Shown piece after piece: positions 13,200 to 29,660 of a stretch of 64,000 bases of DNA; the stretch's first letter is position 1, and each line of letters starts with the position of its first letter. The notes under the pieces were generated by a model. That model searched no databases. It was not told where the DNA came from and saw only the letters and a program-made list of their open reading frames with translations. The position numbers were made by a program, and so were the translations under genes. Source of the DNA: the human T2T-CHM13v2.0 reference genome, Homo sapiens; NCBI RefSeq assembly GCF_009914755.1, contig NC_060938.1; one strand, given 5' to 3'.

Positions 13200-14195
13200 T
13201 TCTCTATTTTATCTTTACAAATGGTTAATTAGGCATAAAGAGGGAAAACACTCCTGGGAAGATACCTGAATCCTGGTGCACACTATCATTATCACTGTTT
13301 TTCATGTTGATGCTCATGTGTCTCTGCTTTCTCGACAGACTATTTAATCAGCAGACAGATCAACAGGCCAAAATTTCCACCATAGTTGCAAATTTGAATG
13401 CGGATGAATGGATTAAAACACATTCAAGTCTTGCAATGAACGGCATAATGTATGGTGGTATAATTCAGAGTGGTTACAGGGGAGAGTTAAAGGTCATTTT
13501 ATACAATATCACTCGAGAATCTTTTGCTGTAAAACTGCAGATGTGGGTTCCTCAATTTTTAGTGGTACCTTGTCAACAATTAACCCCTGAGGATGTCTCT
13601 GCCCCAACAGAGGCTACATACAGAACTGGGAGATTCAGACGCACTGGTACACGTAGCTTAAATCCTGGAGCCAAAATATGAGTACAGCGTCCATCACATC
13701 CTACTCCTATGGCTGGTGAACTTGTAGCTATGGGAGAAGAAACTGAAGGCATAGTACAGTTTCCTAAAGATGAAAAACAATATTATGTTCCCCTCTGTTT
13801 TGGTTATTACAGAGAATAACCTGTTTACTAATGGTCAGTACCTGTGTCTCTGTGTCTGATGCCAAGAATAAATTCATCATCTGCATAGCCACCACTGCAA
13901 CAGAAGCCAACTGCAGTCAATGTTGGCTATGCGTGGAATTGCCAGAGGCCACCAAAAATGGGCTACGTTGGAGAATCGTCCCTGTACCTTACTGCATACC
14001 GAATGTTGTGTGTATATCCCTGACAATTCTCACACTACGACTCTCCTTGCACAGCCATGGTGGGTGTGGTTTTCATTAACTGTGCTTTTAATTCTCCTGT
14101 GCTTACCCTGAGTCTGTAATCTGTATCAACTATGCTTTCCCCAAGTATCTGTAAGGGTATTTTCCTACAATTGAGTATCAAATTGAAGCCAAATT
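13200..14195 (+). mobile_element. ERV internal remnant: RNase H end fused to dUTPase C-half, then env-like fragments
   Basis: ORF 13304-13681 has NQQTDQQA (RNase H N..AD..A-like), GIIQSGYRGEL (dUTPase motif 3) and RTGRFRRTG (motif 5-like); 13831-14111 has CWLC and TECCVYIPDNS plus a hydrophobic TM-like segment. Confidence 0.75.
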
Positions 14196-14990
14196 TGGAA
14201 GAAAAGTTAAATATTCAATTTTATCTCAATTGAACATGGACACAAACAATGGTCACCAAGTCCCGGAACAGGTTCTGTGAGTTTCTTCAGGCGTTCATCC
14301 ACCAGTGTTTCAGAGAAATTTCTATTTTAATCTGTTCCTGTATGTTAGTTATGGAAAAACAACAGACAATCGCCAAAAATTTGACATTTTTGTGGTTTTT
14401 GAGCCCAGTAGTGAAGAGTCCTCGTTACCCGGCCTTATGCCAAAGAACTCCTTACAAAAAGAGCTAGGGTCCCAGATGGCACTAGAGCTTCCTGAGACCT
14501 CTCCCCATCTCTGCAGGGATGAGGGGCCAACTCTGTAGCCCAGGCTGTTGCTTCCCGGTCTGTTGATGAATCCTCCATAGTCTGGTGAGTGTAGTGTCTG
14601 ACTCTGGAGCCCAGGCTGTTGCTTCTCTGTCTGGTGATGCTTCCTCCATACTCTGTAGTCTGCTGTGTGTAAACATATGTATATATATATATATACATAT
14701 ATATGTATATAATTTATACATATAACTGTAAATAAAAATAATTATATAATTATGTACATAATTATTTAAATAAATAAATGTAAATAAATACATATATAAT
14801 TTTATATATATAATATATATATTTATATATATAAAAAATATATATATTTTTTCCCTTCTCATATCAATTTACTTATCATATCATTTACTTATTATATCTG
14901 TATTGCCATATAATTGAGACAAAAGATGTTTACCCTTAAAAGTATTGTGTGTGCCTTTTCTTCTTCCTCATGCATCTCCCATGCAGAACA
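14196..14990 (+). mobile_element. 3' LTR of the dUTPase-bearing ERV (family unresolved), interrupted by an AT-rich expansion
   Basis: Starts tggaagaaaagttaaatattc after the env-like tail, has an internal repeat (gcccaggctgttgcttc x2), (TA)-rich block about 14670-14850, ends gcagaaca. Confidence 0.6.
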
Positions 14991-15133
14991 CATGCCTGAC
15001 AAATTTTTATATTTTTAGTGGAGACTGGGTTTAGCCATGTTGGCCAGGCTGATCTCAAACTCCTGACCTCAGGTGATCCTTCCATCTCGGCATCCCAAAG
15101 TGCTGAGATTATAGGCATGAAACACCCAGCCAG
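14991..15133 (-). mobile_element. Alu left-arm fragment
   Basis: tttttagtggagactgggtttagccatgttggccaggctg...cacccagcc. Confidence 0.9.
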
Positions 15134-15145
15134 GAGGAGGCATTT

Positions 15146-16085
15146 CTACAAAGAAAACATACAAATGGCAAACAGGCATATAAATGTTGCTAAACATCAT
15201 TAAACCTCAGAGAAATGCAAATCAGAACTACAATAAGATATTATCTCACTCCAGTTAAAATGTCTTATATCCCAAAGACAGACAATAACAAGTGCTGACG
15301 AGGATGTGGAGAAAACTTTAGTGCACTCTTGGTGGGAATGTAAATTAGTATAACCACTATAAAAAAGTGTGGAGGTTCCTCAAAAAGCTAAAAATTGAGC
15401 TGCCACAGCTACAATGCAACCCAACAATCCCAGTGATGGGCATTGACACAAAAGAAAAAAAATCGGCTTGTTGCTGCACTGTTTACAATAGCTAAGATTT
15501 GAAAGCAAACTGTCTACAAATGAATGAATGTATAAAAAAAGTAGTACATATATACATTGGAGTAGTATTCAGCCATAAAAATGAGATTTTGTCTTTTACG
15601 ACAACATGGATAAAAGAGAAGAGTATGTTAAGTGAAATAAGCCAGGCACAGAAAGATAAACACTGTGCGTTCTCACTTATTCGTGGGATGGAAGAATTAA
15701 TACAACTGAATTCACGGACATAGAGAGCAGAAGGATGGTTTTCAGAGGCTAAGAAAGACAGTGGAGGCTGGGGGAAAGGTGGGGACAGTTAATGTGTACA
15801 AAAAAATAGAATACATAAGACATATTATTTGATAGCACAACGAGATGACTCTGGTCAATAATAATGTAATTGTACATTTTAAACTAGCTAAGAAGGAATA
15901 ATCAGATTTTAACCCAAAGAATAAATGCTTGAGTGGGTGGGTATCCCATTCTCTATGATGTGATTATTATGCATTGCGAGACCGCATCAAAACATCTCAT
16001 GAACCCCATAAGTATATACACCTACAATGCATCCTCAAAAATTACAAATTAACTGAAGTAAATAAAATAAAACTATTTAAAAATA
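15146..16085 (+). mobile_element. L1MA-type 3' end (ORF2 C-terminus plus 3'UTR)
   Basis: gaaatgcaaatcagaactacaataagatattatctcactccagttaaaatg; L1MA-type 3'UTR and A-rich tail. Confidence 0.8.
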
Positions 16086-16257
16086 AAATATCATAACATT
16101 AACTAGCCCCAGAAATATAAGATTTTAATGAAATAAAAATGCCTCTATAATAATCAAACAGTGAGAAGAAAGTCACACTTTACTCCTATTTTTGTTTCTG
16201 ATCTATCTTCTATCTAGTTTCAAGTTGTAGAATTTTCTTTTTTCATTTCTAATTAAA

Positions 16258-19131
<2,874 letters not shown>

Positions 19132-19535
19132 TTAATAAACAGATAACATCAAACATTCAACTAATCCAATAAAAAGAAATTTTATTCATTTGAGAATGTG
19201 TTTTCCAGAGCATACTTATATATTACGTTTTAACTTCATAATTTATATTTTATAAAAACATAACTAATTCAAGTTAATCTTCTCTAATTTTTAATTCAAT
19301 TGAATTTTTATCAGGATCACTATATTTAAACAAAAATTACCTGAATTTTTCACATCATAATTTATAGATTCTGCTTCTACAAATTGTCTGTAGGGACCAT
19401 TATTTCTACATGGTCTACTTTCCTGGGTTAAGTGGTGGATACCCAAATGTTTTTTGGAATAATGTTTTCTTATATCAGTTTTTAGTCAGTGATACGTTGC
19501 ACCATGTTTAATTTTAAGCATTATCAGTTTTCTTT

Positions 19536-21449
19536 TTTTTTTTTAATTGATCATTCTTGGGTGTTTCTCGCAGAGGGGGATTTGGCAGGGTCACAGGACA
19601 ATAGTGGAGGGAAGGTCAGCAGATAAACAAGTGAACAAAGGTCTCTGGTTTTCCTAGGCAGAGGACCCTGTGGCCTTCCGCAGTGTTTGTGTCCCTGGGT
19701 ACTTGAAATTAGGGAGTGGTGATGACTCTTAAGGAGCATGCTGCCTTCAAGCATCTGTTTAACAAAGCACATCTTGCACCGCCCTTAATCCATTCAACCC
19801 TGAGTGGATACAGCCCATGTTTCAGAGAGCACAGGGTTGGGGGTAAGGTCACAGATCAACAGGATCCCAAGGCAGAAGAATTTTTCTTAGTAGAGAACAA
19901 AATGAAAAGTCTCCCATGTCTACCTCTTTCTACACAGACACAGCAACCATCCGATTTCTCAATCTTTTCCCCACCTTTCCCCCCTTTCTATTCCACAAAA
20001 CCGCCATTGTCATCATGGCCCATTCTCAATGAGCTGTTGGGTACACCTCCCAGACGGGGTGGTGGCAGGGCAGAGGGGCTCCTCACTTCCCAGTAGGGGC
20101 GGCTGGGCAGAGGCGCCCTTCACCTCCCGGACGGGGCGGCTGGCCAGGCGGGGGGCTGACCCCCCCACCTCCCTCCTGGACAGGGCGGCTGGCCGGGCGA
20201 GGGGCTGACCCCCTCACCTCCCTCCCGGACGGGGCGGCTGACCGGGCGGGGGGCTGACCCCCCCACTTCCCTCCCGGATGGGGTGGCTGGCCGGGCAGAG
20301 GGGCTCCTCAGTTCCCAGTAGGGGCGTCCGGGCAGAGGCGCCCCTCACCTGCCGGACGGGGCGGCTGGCCGGGCGGGGGGCTGACCCGCCCACCTCCCTC
20401 CCCCCCAGAAGGGGTGGCTGGCTGGGCAGAGGGGCTCCTCACTTCCCATCAGGGGCTGCCGGGCAGAGGCGCCCCTCACTTCCCGGATGGGGCGGCTGGC
20501 CGGGCGGGGTGCTAACCCACCCACCTCCCTCCCGGAGGAGGCGGCTGGCCGGGCGGGCGGCTGACCCCCCACCTCCCTCCCGGATGGGGTGGCTGGCCAG
20601 GCGGGGGGCTGACCCCCCCACCTCACTCCCGAACGAGGTGACTGCCGGGCGGAGGGGCTCCTCACTTCTCAGACGGGGTGGTTGCCAGGCAGAGGGTCTC
20701 CTCACTTCTCAGACGGGGCGGCCGGGCAGAGACATTCCTCACATCCCGGACGGGGCGGCAGGGCAGAGGTGCTCCCCACATCTCAGATGATGGGCGGCCG
20801 GGCAGAGACGCTCCTCACTTCCCAGATGTGATGGCGGCCGGGAAGAGGCGCTCCTCACTTCCTAGATGGGATGGCGGCCGGGCAGAGACGCTCCTCACTT
20901 TCCAGACTGGGCAGCCAGGCAGAGGGGCTCCTCACATCCCAGACGATGGGCGGCCAGGTGGAGACGCTCCTCACTTCCCAGACGGGGTGGCGGCCGGGCA
21001 GAGGCTGCAATCTCGGCACTTTGGGAGGCCAAGGCAGGCTGCTGGGAGGTGGAGGTTGTAGCGAGCCGAGATCACGCCACTGCACTCCAGCCTGGGCACC
21101 ATTGAGCACTGAGTGAACGAGTCTCCGTCTGCAATCCCGGCACCTCGGGAGGCCGAGGCTGGCGGATCACTCGCGGTTAGGAGCTCAGCCCGGCCAACAC
21201 AGCGAAACCCCGTCTCCACCAAAAAAATACGAAAACCAGTCAGGCGTGGCGGCGCGCGCCTGCAATCGCAGGCACTCGGCAGGCTGAGGCAGGAGAATCA
21301 GGCAGGGAGGTTGCAGTGAGCCGAGATGGCAGCAGTACCATCCAGCTTCGGCTCGGCATCAGAGGGAGACCGTGGAAAGAGAGGGAGAGAGAGACCGTGG
21401 GGAGACGGAGAGGGTGAGGGAGAGGGAGAGGGAGAGGGAGAGGGAGAGC
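19536..21449 (-). mobile_element. Full-length SVA retrotransposon (hexamer, Alu-like, VNTR, SINE-R, poly-A)
   Basis: (GAGAGG)n about 21400-21448, Alu-like about 21000-21390, GC-rich VNTR about 20050-21000, SINE-R about 19545-20050; 14-bp TSD TATCAGTTTTCTTT at 19522-19535 and 21450-21463. Confidence 0.97.
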
Positions 21450-22392
21450 TATCAGTTTTCTTTCTTGTGCATTATTTTCACAGTAATATAAATTATGGAC
21501 ATCAAAATATCCTCAGGGTTAAAAATGTTGGAGTCCAAGCATTCTATATTCTTGATTTGTATGGTTTCAATTATGACTCAGCATTTTAGGAAAACATTGG
21601 CTCTATAATCTGTCACCCTCACCCCATTTAAATAAAAACATACTTTTTTGGACACAAGGATCAGGCATACACATCTACACAGTGGATCACATCATTTTTG
21701 GGGGCAAACTGAAAACTGTTTTTATACTCAAACATACTGTTGGGAAACTGTGAAATAAAAATTTCTGATGTTTGTTAAAAATTGGGAAGAAAGACATTAA
21801 TACTATTGTAGTAGATTTTATGGCCATCGTAATAGGGTTCAGTTCAGAAATTGATCATAACTCTGAACACAGACAACGAAGAATTTATAGTCAATAAGCA
21901 GAATAAATCAGTGGATAAGAATTATTGAAAAACATTTGATAAAATACCAAAGGAGGAAGAGGAACTTTTTATAGCAGAAGCCTGGTTACAGGTTGGCTAA
22001 GGACTTAAATATCAAAGAAAGGGAATCACGATATTAGTAGACATAAGGGATATGTGGATTTTTACTAAACAGTATTAGCAGGATTTATGAAAGTGAGCCT
22101 CTCAAACCAGGAGCAGGGCAAGAAGTCAAGGTTGGCTTAGTCAAAAAGAGGGTTCAGTTAAGCTTGACTAACATTTGGTCATAAAGGTAGTGCTTACAAG
22201 AACCCAGATTTTTTTCCCATCTGATCTGAAAATAAATAATCACCAAAAAAGGCTTTGTTTGAAAAATGAGTGCCCACTTCACCTGAGAAAACCTCCATCT
22301 TCCTCTGTTTACCTTTGAATTTAGTGTAGAAAAAGAGCACTTGTCATTGCCACAGTTTTAATTTTGCTTTCACTCTTAAAAACAGAGAGTCA

Positions 22393-22610
22393 GGGCTGGG
22401 TGTGGTGGTTCATGCCTGTAATCCCAGCATTTTGGGCATGGTGATGCAAGCACACCTGTAATCCCAGCTACTTGAAAGGCTGAGGCAGGAGAATCACTTG
22501 AACCCAAGAGTCAGAGGTTGCAGTGAGCCAAAATCACACCACTGCACTCCAGCCTGGTGACAGAGTGAGACTCCATCAAACAAAACAAAACAAAACAAAA
22601 CAAAACACAA
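22393..22610 (+). mobile_element. Internally deleted Alu (left-arm start joined to right arm) with (AAAAC)n tail
   Basis: cccagcattttgggc joins directly to atggtgatgc...cctgtaatcccagctac. Confidence 0.85.
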
Positions 22611-25600
22611 AATTAGAAATTTAGTTTTATTCAAACAGCAACTTACAAACACAAAGGTTATAGTTTCTGACCCCTATTCAAGACAATTGGTTGTAACCAT
22701 AAGTATTGATGGGACTTCAGGGAGATTCCTCAGATGGAGCTGATGCAGCTGTGCAAGCCACTTTGACCTTGCATCTTTCCTACTTCTTAGCCTTTGAAAT
22801 GGACATGGTTGCTGGTGCAGGCTTGTGCTCCTACAGCCAGCCATATGGGACCATGAGACAGCCTACAGGATAAAAACCATCTACTGAAATATTGTAGCAA
22901 AGTGTGCCAAGAGGGCTGACTAGAAGTAGCTATGGTGTGTGGCTTTCATGAAAAGAAACAAAGAGGGAAAATAAATACAGCACCATCAACTGAAACACCC
23001 AGATATTTGCAGTGGGACTAATGAAGGAAACAGCTCAACCCATGGGAAAAAGAAGGGCATGGCAACCGCCCACCCGGGAGTAACACAGACCAAAGGGAAC
23101 CTACCCTGCCCAAGGAAGTGGTGAGCAAATACGTGACCCTGAGAAACCACACTTCTCCCATGGATCTTTGCAACTCTCGGGTCAGGAGATTTTCTCGTAA
23201 ACTTATTCCACCAGGGCCTTTGGTCTGATACACAGAGCTGCGTGTTCCCGGCAGAACAACTGCTCAGACACAAACAGAATCGCAGGAGCTTTACATACTT
23301 TGGCTCTGAGATCTCTGGCAAAGGTGACTGCAACTCAGACAAGGTGGGAGGTTGGATCTCCGTAAATGCCCCTAGAAAGGAAGCTGAATCCATGGGCCTG
23401 AGCAGCATCAGTGGGCCCCACTTCCATGACGCCTCACAGGATAAGACCTACTGGCTTGGAATTCCATCCAGCCCCCAGCAACAGCATTGCAATTACCTGG
23501 GATGGAACAACGTTCCTGGAGGCAGGGGCTGGCTGCTATATTTGCTGTTTGGATGACTCAGCCATTCCAGCCTGGAGGTTTAGGAGAGTTAAAAAAAAAA
23601 AAACTCATGGCAGATGGAAGAAATCCCTTAGCACGGCACATTGGCCCTCCCAAAGTGTGGCCGGACTACTTCTTGAAGTGGGACCCAGATACCTTTTTCA
23701 TCTCAGAGTGGGGCCTCCTACCAGAGCCTCCAGACAGCCCCTTCCATATTCTCCGGCAGGCAGAGATTTGATTTATTCCTGGATGCAGTGCACATTGGGA
23801 GCAGTGGGTCTTCATATTTGTTGTTTGGAGAACTCAGCCATAACAATCAGTGGGCTTAGGAGAGTCCAAACCATCCCAGGGAAGAAGGAATCCCCCAGCA
23901 TAGCACAGTGGATCTGCCATAATGTGATCAGATTGCTTCTTTAAGTGGGACCTAATATGCTCTGCATCTCTGGGTGGAACTTCCCAACCAGGGCCTCCAG
24001 CAACTCCCACTGATGTTGTCTGGCTGGCAGAGGTTTAAAAACTTCCTGGGCCAGAGTTCCTAGAGAGAGGGGTTGGCCACCATCTTTGCTGTTTCAGCCT
24101 CCAGGCTTTGGAGAGCCCAATCTGATGAAGGGCAGAAATGGTACCCCGCACAGCATGGCTGATCTATGAAAGTGGGGCTAGATGGCTTAAGTGGGTCCCC
24201 AATCCTATTCCTCCTAGCTGGGTGAGACCTACCAACTGGGGTTTCCAGTCACCTCCTACAGGTGTGTTCGAGCCCTCAACATGTCTGCACCCGCCCTGGG
24301 ATGGAGCTCCCAGGGAAGGGAGTGGGCTGCTATCTTTCTTGTTTCACAGCCTTCACTGGTGATACCCCCAGATACTGGAAAATCCGAGGTGACAAGAGAG
24401 TGGAGCAGATGCCCAACAAACTACAGCAGCCCCACACAAAATGGCCAAACAGTTAAAAGGAAGAGAAACAAACAAAAATCTCATTCAAAGGCCAGCAACC
24501 TCAAAGATTAAAGATAGATAGGCACACAAAGGTGAGAATCACAACAAGAATACTAAAAACTCAAAAATCAGGGTGCTCTCCCTCTCCCAAATGACCACAC
24601 TACTTCTCCAGCAAGAGTTCAGAATAAGGGTGAGGCTGTGATCCCTGAAATAACAGAAGTAGACCCCAGAATGTGGATAAAAATGAACTTCACTGATCTA
24701 AAGGAGCATGCTCTAACTCAATACAAGAAAGCTAAAAATTACAATATAATATTGCAGGAGCTGACAAACAAATTAGCCAGGATAGAGAGGAGCCTAACCA
24801 ACCCGATAGCACTGTAAAACACAATACAAAAATTTCATAATGCAATCACAAGTATTAATGAGGAAAGAAACTCAGAGCTTGAAGTTTGTATTTCTGAAAG
24901 AAGACATGCAGAGAAGAATAGAAAAAAAGAATGAAAGGAATAAACAAAACCTTTGAGAAATATGGGATTATGTAAAGAGACCAAATCTACAACTGATTGG
25001 TGTACTTGAAAGAGCTGGGGAGAATGGAACCAATCAGGAAAACATATTTCAGGATATCATCAATGAGAACTTCCCCAACCTTGCTACACTGGCCAACAAT
25101 TCAGAAAATGGAGAGAAGTTCAGTAAGATACTCCAAGAAAAAATCATACCCAAGACACATAAACGTCAGATTCCCCAAACTTGAAATGGAAGAAAAAAAA
25201 AGAAAAAAAAGCTCAGCCGCAGAGAAAAGCCAAGTCACCTACAAAAAGAAGTTGATCAGACTAAGAGCAGAGCTGTCAGTGAGAACCCTACAAGCCAAAA
25301 GAGATTGGGGGCCAATATTTAACGTTCTTAAAGAAAATAAACTTTAAGCCAGAATTTTATATCTGGCCAAACTAAGCTTAATCTGGGGAGAAATAACATC
25401 CCTTTCAGACAAGCAAATTCCGAGTTAATTCATGAACACCAGACATGCTTTTCAAGAGCTCCTGAAGGAAGCACCAATTTGGAAAGGGAAAATTATTCCC
25501 AGCCACCACAAAAACACACTCAAGTACACAGACCATTGACACTATAAATCAACCACATAAACAAGTCTGAAAAATAAAAATAACCAGCTAGCATCAAGAT

Positions 25601-27190
25601 AACAAGATAAAATCTACGCATAACAATACTTACCTTAAATGTAAATGGGATAAATGCCCCAGTTGAAACACACAGGGTGGCAATTGTATAAAAACCAAGA
25701 CCCATTGGTATGCTCTTCAAGACACCCATCTCACATGCGGGGACACACATAGGCTAAAAATAAAGGGATGGAGGAAATTTCACCAAGCAAGTGGAAAACC
25801 TAAAAAAGCAAGGGTTGCAGTCTTACTTTCCAACAAAACAGACTTTAAAGCAACACAGATTAAAAACAACAACAACAACAACAACAAAGAGGGTCATTAC
25901 ATAACGGCAAATAATTCAATTCAACAAGAATTAACTATTCTAAATATATATGCACCCAACACAAGAGTACCCAGATTCATATAACAAGTTTCTAGATATC
26001 TTGAAAGAGACTTAGAACACCACACAATAATAGTGACCGACTTTAACATCCCACTGACAGTATTAGAAAGATTATTGAGACAGAAAATTAACAAAGATGT
26101 TCAGGACCTGAACTTAGCTCTGGATCAAATGGACATGATATATATTTACAGAACTCTCCACATGAAAACAGCAGAATATACATTCTTCTCATCACTACAT
26201 GACACTTTCTCTGAAATTGGTCACTTAGCCAGAAGTAAAACACTCTTCAGCAAATGCAAAAGAACTGAAATCATAATAAACAGTGGCTCAGATCACAGCA
26301 CAATCAAATTAAAACTCACGATGAAATAATTTACTGAAAACCATAAAATTAAATGGAAATTGAATCACCTGCTCCTGAATAACTTTTGGGTAAATAATGA
26401 AATTAAGGCAGATATCAAGGAGTTCTTTGAAACCAATGAGAACAAAGACAAAACATACCAGAATCTCTGGGACACAGCTAAGGCAGTATTAAGATGAAAA
26501 TTTATGGCATTAAATGCCCACATTAAAATGCCAGAAATGTCTCAAGTTACAACTTCACAACAAAAATAACTACAGGAACAAGAGCAAAGAAGTTCTAGAG
26601 CTAGCAGAAGACAAGAAATAACCGAAATCAGACCTGAACTGATGGAGATAGGGACAAGAGAAACCATTCAACAGATCAACAAATTCAGGAGCTGTTTCTT
26701 TTTCTTTGAAAAAACCAATAATATAAATACACCAGTAGTAGACTAATAAGGAAGAAAATATCAAAAATTAAAATGAACACAATCAGAAATAATAAGGGTT
26801 ACCACTGACCCCACAGAAATAAAAATAACCATCAGAAAATATCATAAACACCTCTATGCCTATAAGATAACAAATTCAGTAGAAATGGATAAATTTCTGG
26901 ACACATACACCCTTCAAGAATAAACCAGGAAGAAATTGAATCCCTGAAAAGACAAACAACAGGCTCTGAAATTCAGGCAGTAATAAGTAGCCTACAAACC
27001 ACAAAAAGATCAGAAACACAAAGATTAAAAGCTGAAGGTTATGACATTTATGAAGAAGAACTGGTACAATTCCCACTAAAATTATTTCAAAAAACTGAAA
27101 CAGAGGGCTTCCTTCCCGACTCTTTCTATGAGAGCACATCATCCTGGTACCAAAACCTGGCAGACACACAAGAAAAAAAACAAAACTTCA

Positions 27191-28073
27191 AAAAATTTGC
27201 AAGAAGAAAACAACCCCATCAAAAAGTGGGCGAAGGACATGAACAGACGCTTCTCAAAAGAAGACATTTATGCACCCAAAAAACACATGAAAAAATGCTC
27301 ACCATCACTGGCCATCAGAGAAATGCAAATCAAAACCACAATGAGATACCATCTCACACCAGTTAGAATGGCAATCATTAAAAAGTCAGGAAACAACAGG
27401 TGCTGGAGGAGATGTGGAGAAATAGGAACACTTTTACACTGTTGGTGGGACTGTAAACTAGTTCAACCATTGTGGAAGTCAGTGTGGCAATTCGTCAGGG
27501 ATCTAGAACTAGAAATACCATTTGACCCAGCCATCCCATTTCTGGGTATATACACAAAGGACTATAAATCATGCTGCTTTAAAGACACAGGCACACGTTT
27601 GTTTATTGCGGCACTATTCACAATAGCAAAGACTTGGAACCAACCCAAATGTCCAACAATGATAGACTGGATTAAGAAAATGTGGCACATATACACCATG
27701 GAATACTATGCAGCCATAAAAAATGATGAGTTCATGTCCTTTGTAGGGACACGGATTAAATTGGAAATCATCATTCTCAGTAAACTATCACAAGAACAAA
27801 AAAACCAAACACCGCATGTTCTCACTCATAGGTGGGAATTGAACAATGAGATCACATGGACACAGGAAGGGGAACATCACACTCTGGGGACTGTTGTGAT
27901 GAGGGGGGAGGGGAGAAGGATAGCATTGGGAGATATACCTAATGCTAAATGTCGAGTTAATGGGTGCAGCACACAAGCATGGTGCATGCGTACATATGTA
28001 ACTAACCTGCACATTGTGCACATGTACCCTAAAACTTAAAGTATAATAATAATAAAATAAAAAAAGAAAAAAA
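27191..28073 (+). mobile_element. Younger L1PA 3' fragment nested in the older L1
   Basis: Near-intact ORF2 C-terminal peptide in ORF 27128-28039, 3'UTR and poly-A; TSD AAAACTTCA at 27182-27190 and 28074-28082. Confidence 0.92.
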
Positions 28074-29350
28074 AAAACTTCATGCCAATATTTTTGATGA
28101 ACATTTATGCAAACATTCTTAACAAAATAGGGGCAAACCAAATCCAGCAGCGCATCAGAAAGCTTATCCACCACAATCAAGTAGGCTCCATCTGTGGGAT
28201 GCAACTTTAATTCAACGTACACAAATCAATATGTGATTTATCACATAAACAGAACTAAAGACAAAAGCCACATGATTGTCTGAATAGATGCAGATAAATC
28301 TTTGCATCCATAAAATTCAACATCCATTCTTGTAAAAACTCTCAATAAACTAGGTATTGAAAAAAACATACTTCAATATAATAAGAACCATGTATGACAA
28401 ACCCACAGCCAATATCATACTGAAAGGGCAAAAGCTGAAAGCATTCCCTTTTAAAACGGGCACAAGACAAGGATGCCCTCTCTCATGAATCCTATTTCAG
28501 ATAGTATTGGAAGTACTGGGCAGAGCAATCAGGTAAGAGAAAAAGGCATTCAAATTGAAAGAAAAGAAATTAAACAACACCTGATGTCAGACGACATGAT
28601 TCTATATCTTGAAAACCCCTATTGTCTCAACCCCAAAGCTTCTTAAGCTGATAAATATCTTTAACAAAGTCCCAAGATACAAAATAAATGGGCAAAAATC
28701 ACTAGCACTAAATCCTTATATACCAACAACAGTCAAGCCAAGAGCAAAATCGTGAATGAACACTCATTCACAGTTACCACAAAAAGAATAAAATACCAAG
28801 GAATGTATCTAACAAGAGAAGTGAAAGGCCACTACAAGGAGAACTATAAACCACTTCTCAAAGAAATCAGACATGACATAAACAAATAGAAAAACATTTC
28901 ATGCTTATGGATAGAAAGAGTTAATATTGTTAAAGTAGACACACTCCACAAAGAAATTTATAGAGTTAATAGTATTTCCGTTAAACTACCAATGACATTT
29001 TTCACAAAACTAGAAAAGCTATTTTAAAATTTATATGGAACCAACAAAGGCCTGAATAGTCAAGACAACCCCAAACAAAAAGAACTAAGCTGGAGGCATC
29101 ACACTACCCAACTTCAAACTGTGCTACAGGGCTACAGAAACCAAAACAGCATGGTACTGGTACAAGAACAGACACACAGACCAATGAAACAGAATAGAGG
29201 ACCCAGAAATAAGACTGCACACCTACAACTAACTGATCTTCGACAAACCTGACAAAAACAAGCAATGAAAAAACGACTCTGTACTCAATAAATGGTGCTG
29301 GGATAACTGCCTAGCCATGTGCAAAAAATTGAAACTGAACCCCTTCCTCC

Positions 29351-29660
29351 ATCATCCTCTGCAACTAACACAGGAACAGAAAACTAACCACCGCATATTC
29401 TCACTCATAAGTGGGAGTTGAACAATAAGAACACATGGACACTGGAAGGGAAACAACACAACTGGGGCTAGTCAGGGAATGGGAGTCGAAGGGAGGGAGA
29501 GCATTAGGATAACTAGCTAATACATGTGGGACTTGAAGCCTGGATAACGGGCTGATAGGTGCAGTAAACCACCATGGCACACATATACCAATGTAACAAA
29601 CCTACACATTCTGCACTTGTACTTCAGAACCCAATTTAAATTTAAAAAATAAAGAAAGAT
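29351..29660 (+). mobile_element. Second nested L1PA 3'UTR fragment
   Basis: 3'UTR (ctcactcataagtgggagttgaacaat...taacaaacctacacattctgcac) interrupts host ORF2 between ccccttcctc and ttccttacatcatatac. Confidence 0.85.

Noticed and set aside
14670-14850. AT-rich block as an origin or cruciform element
   Set aside because: Degenerate (TA)n expansion inside an LTR; no evidence beyond composition.
19551-21589. ORFs in the SVA and a CRISPR-like look of repeated units
   Set aside because: SVA VNTR, Alu-like and SINE-R translations; tandem degenerate units without unique spacers, in eukaryotic DNA with no cas genes.
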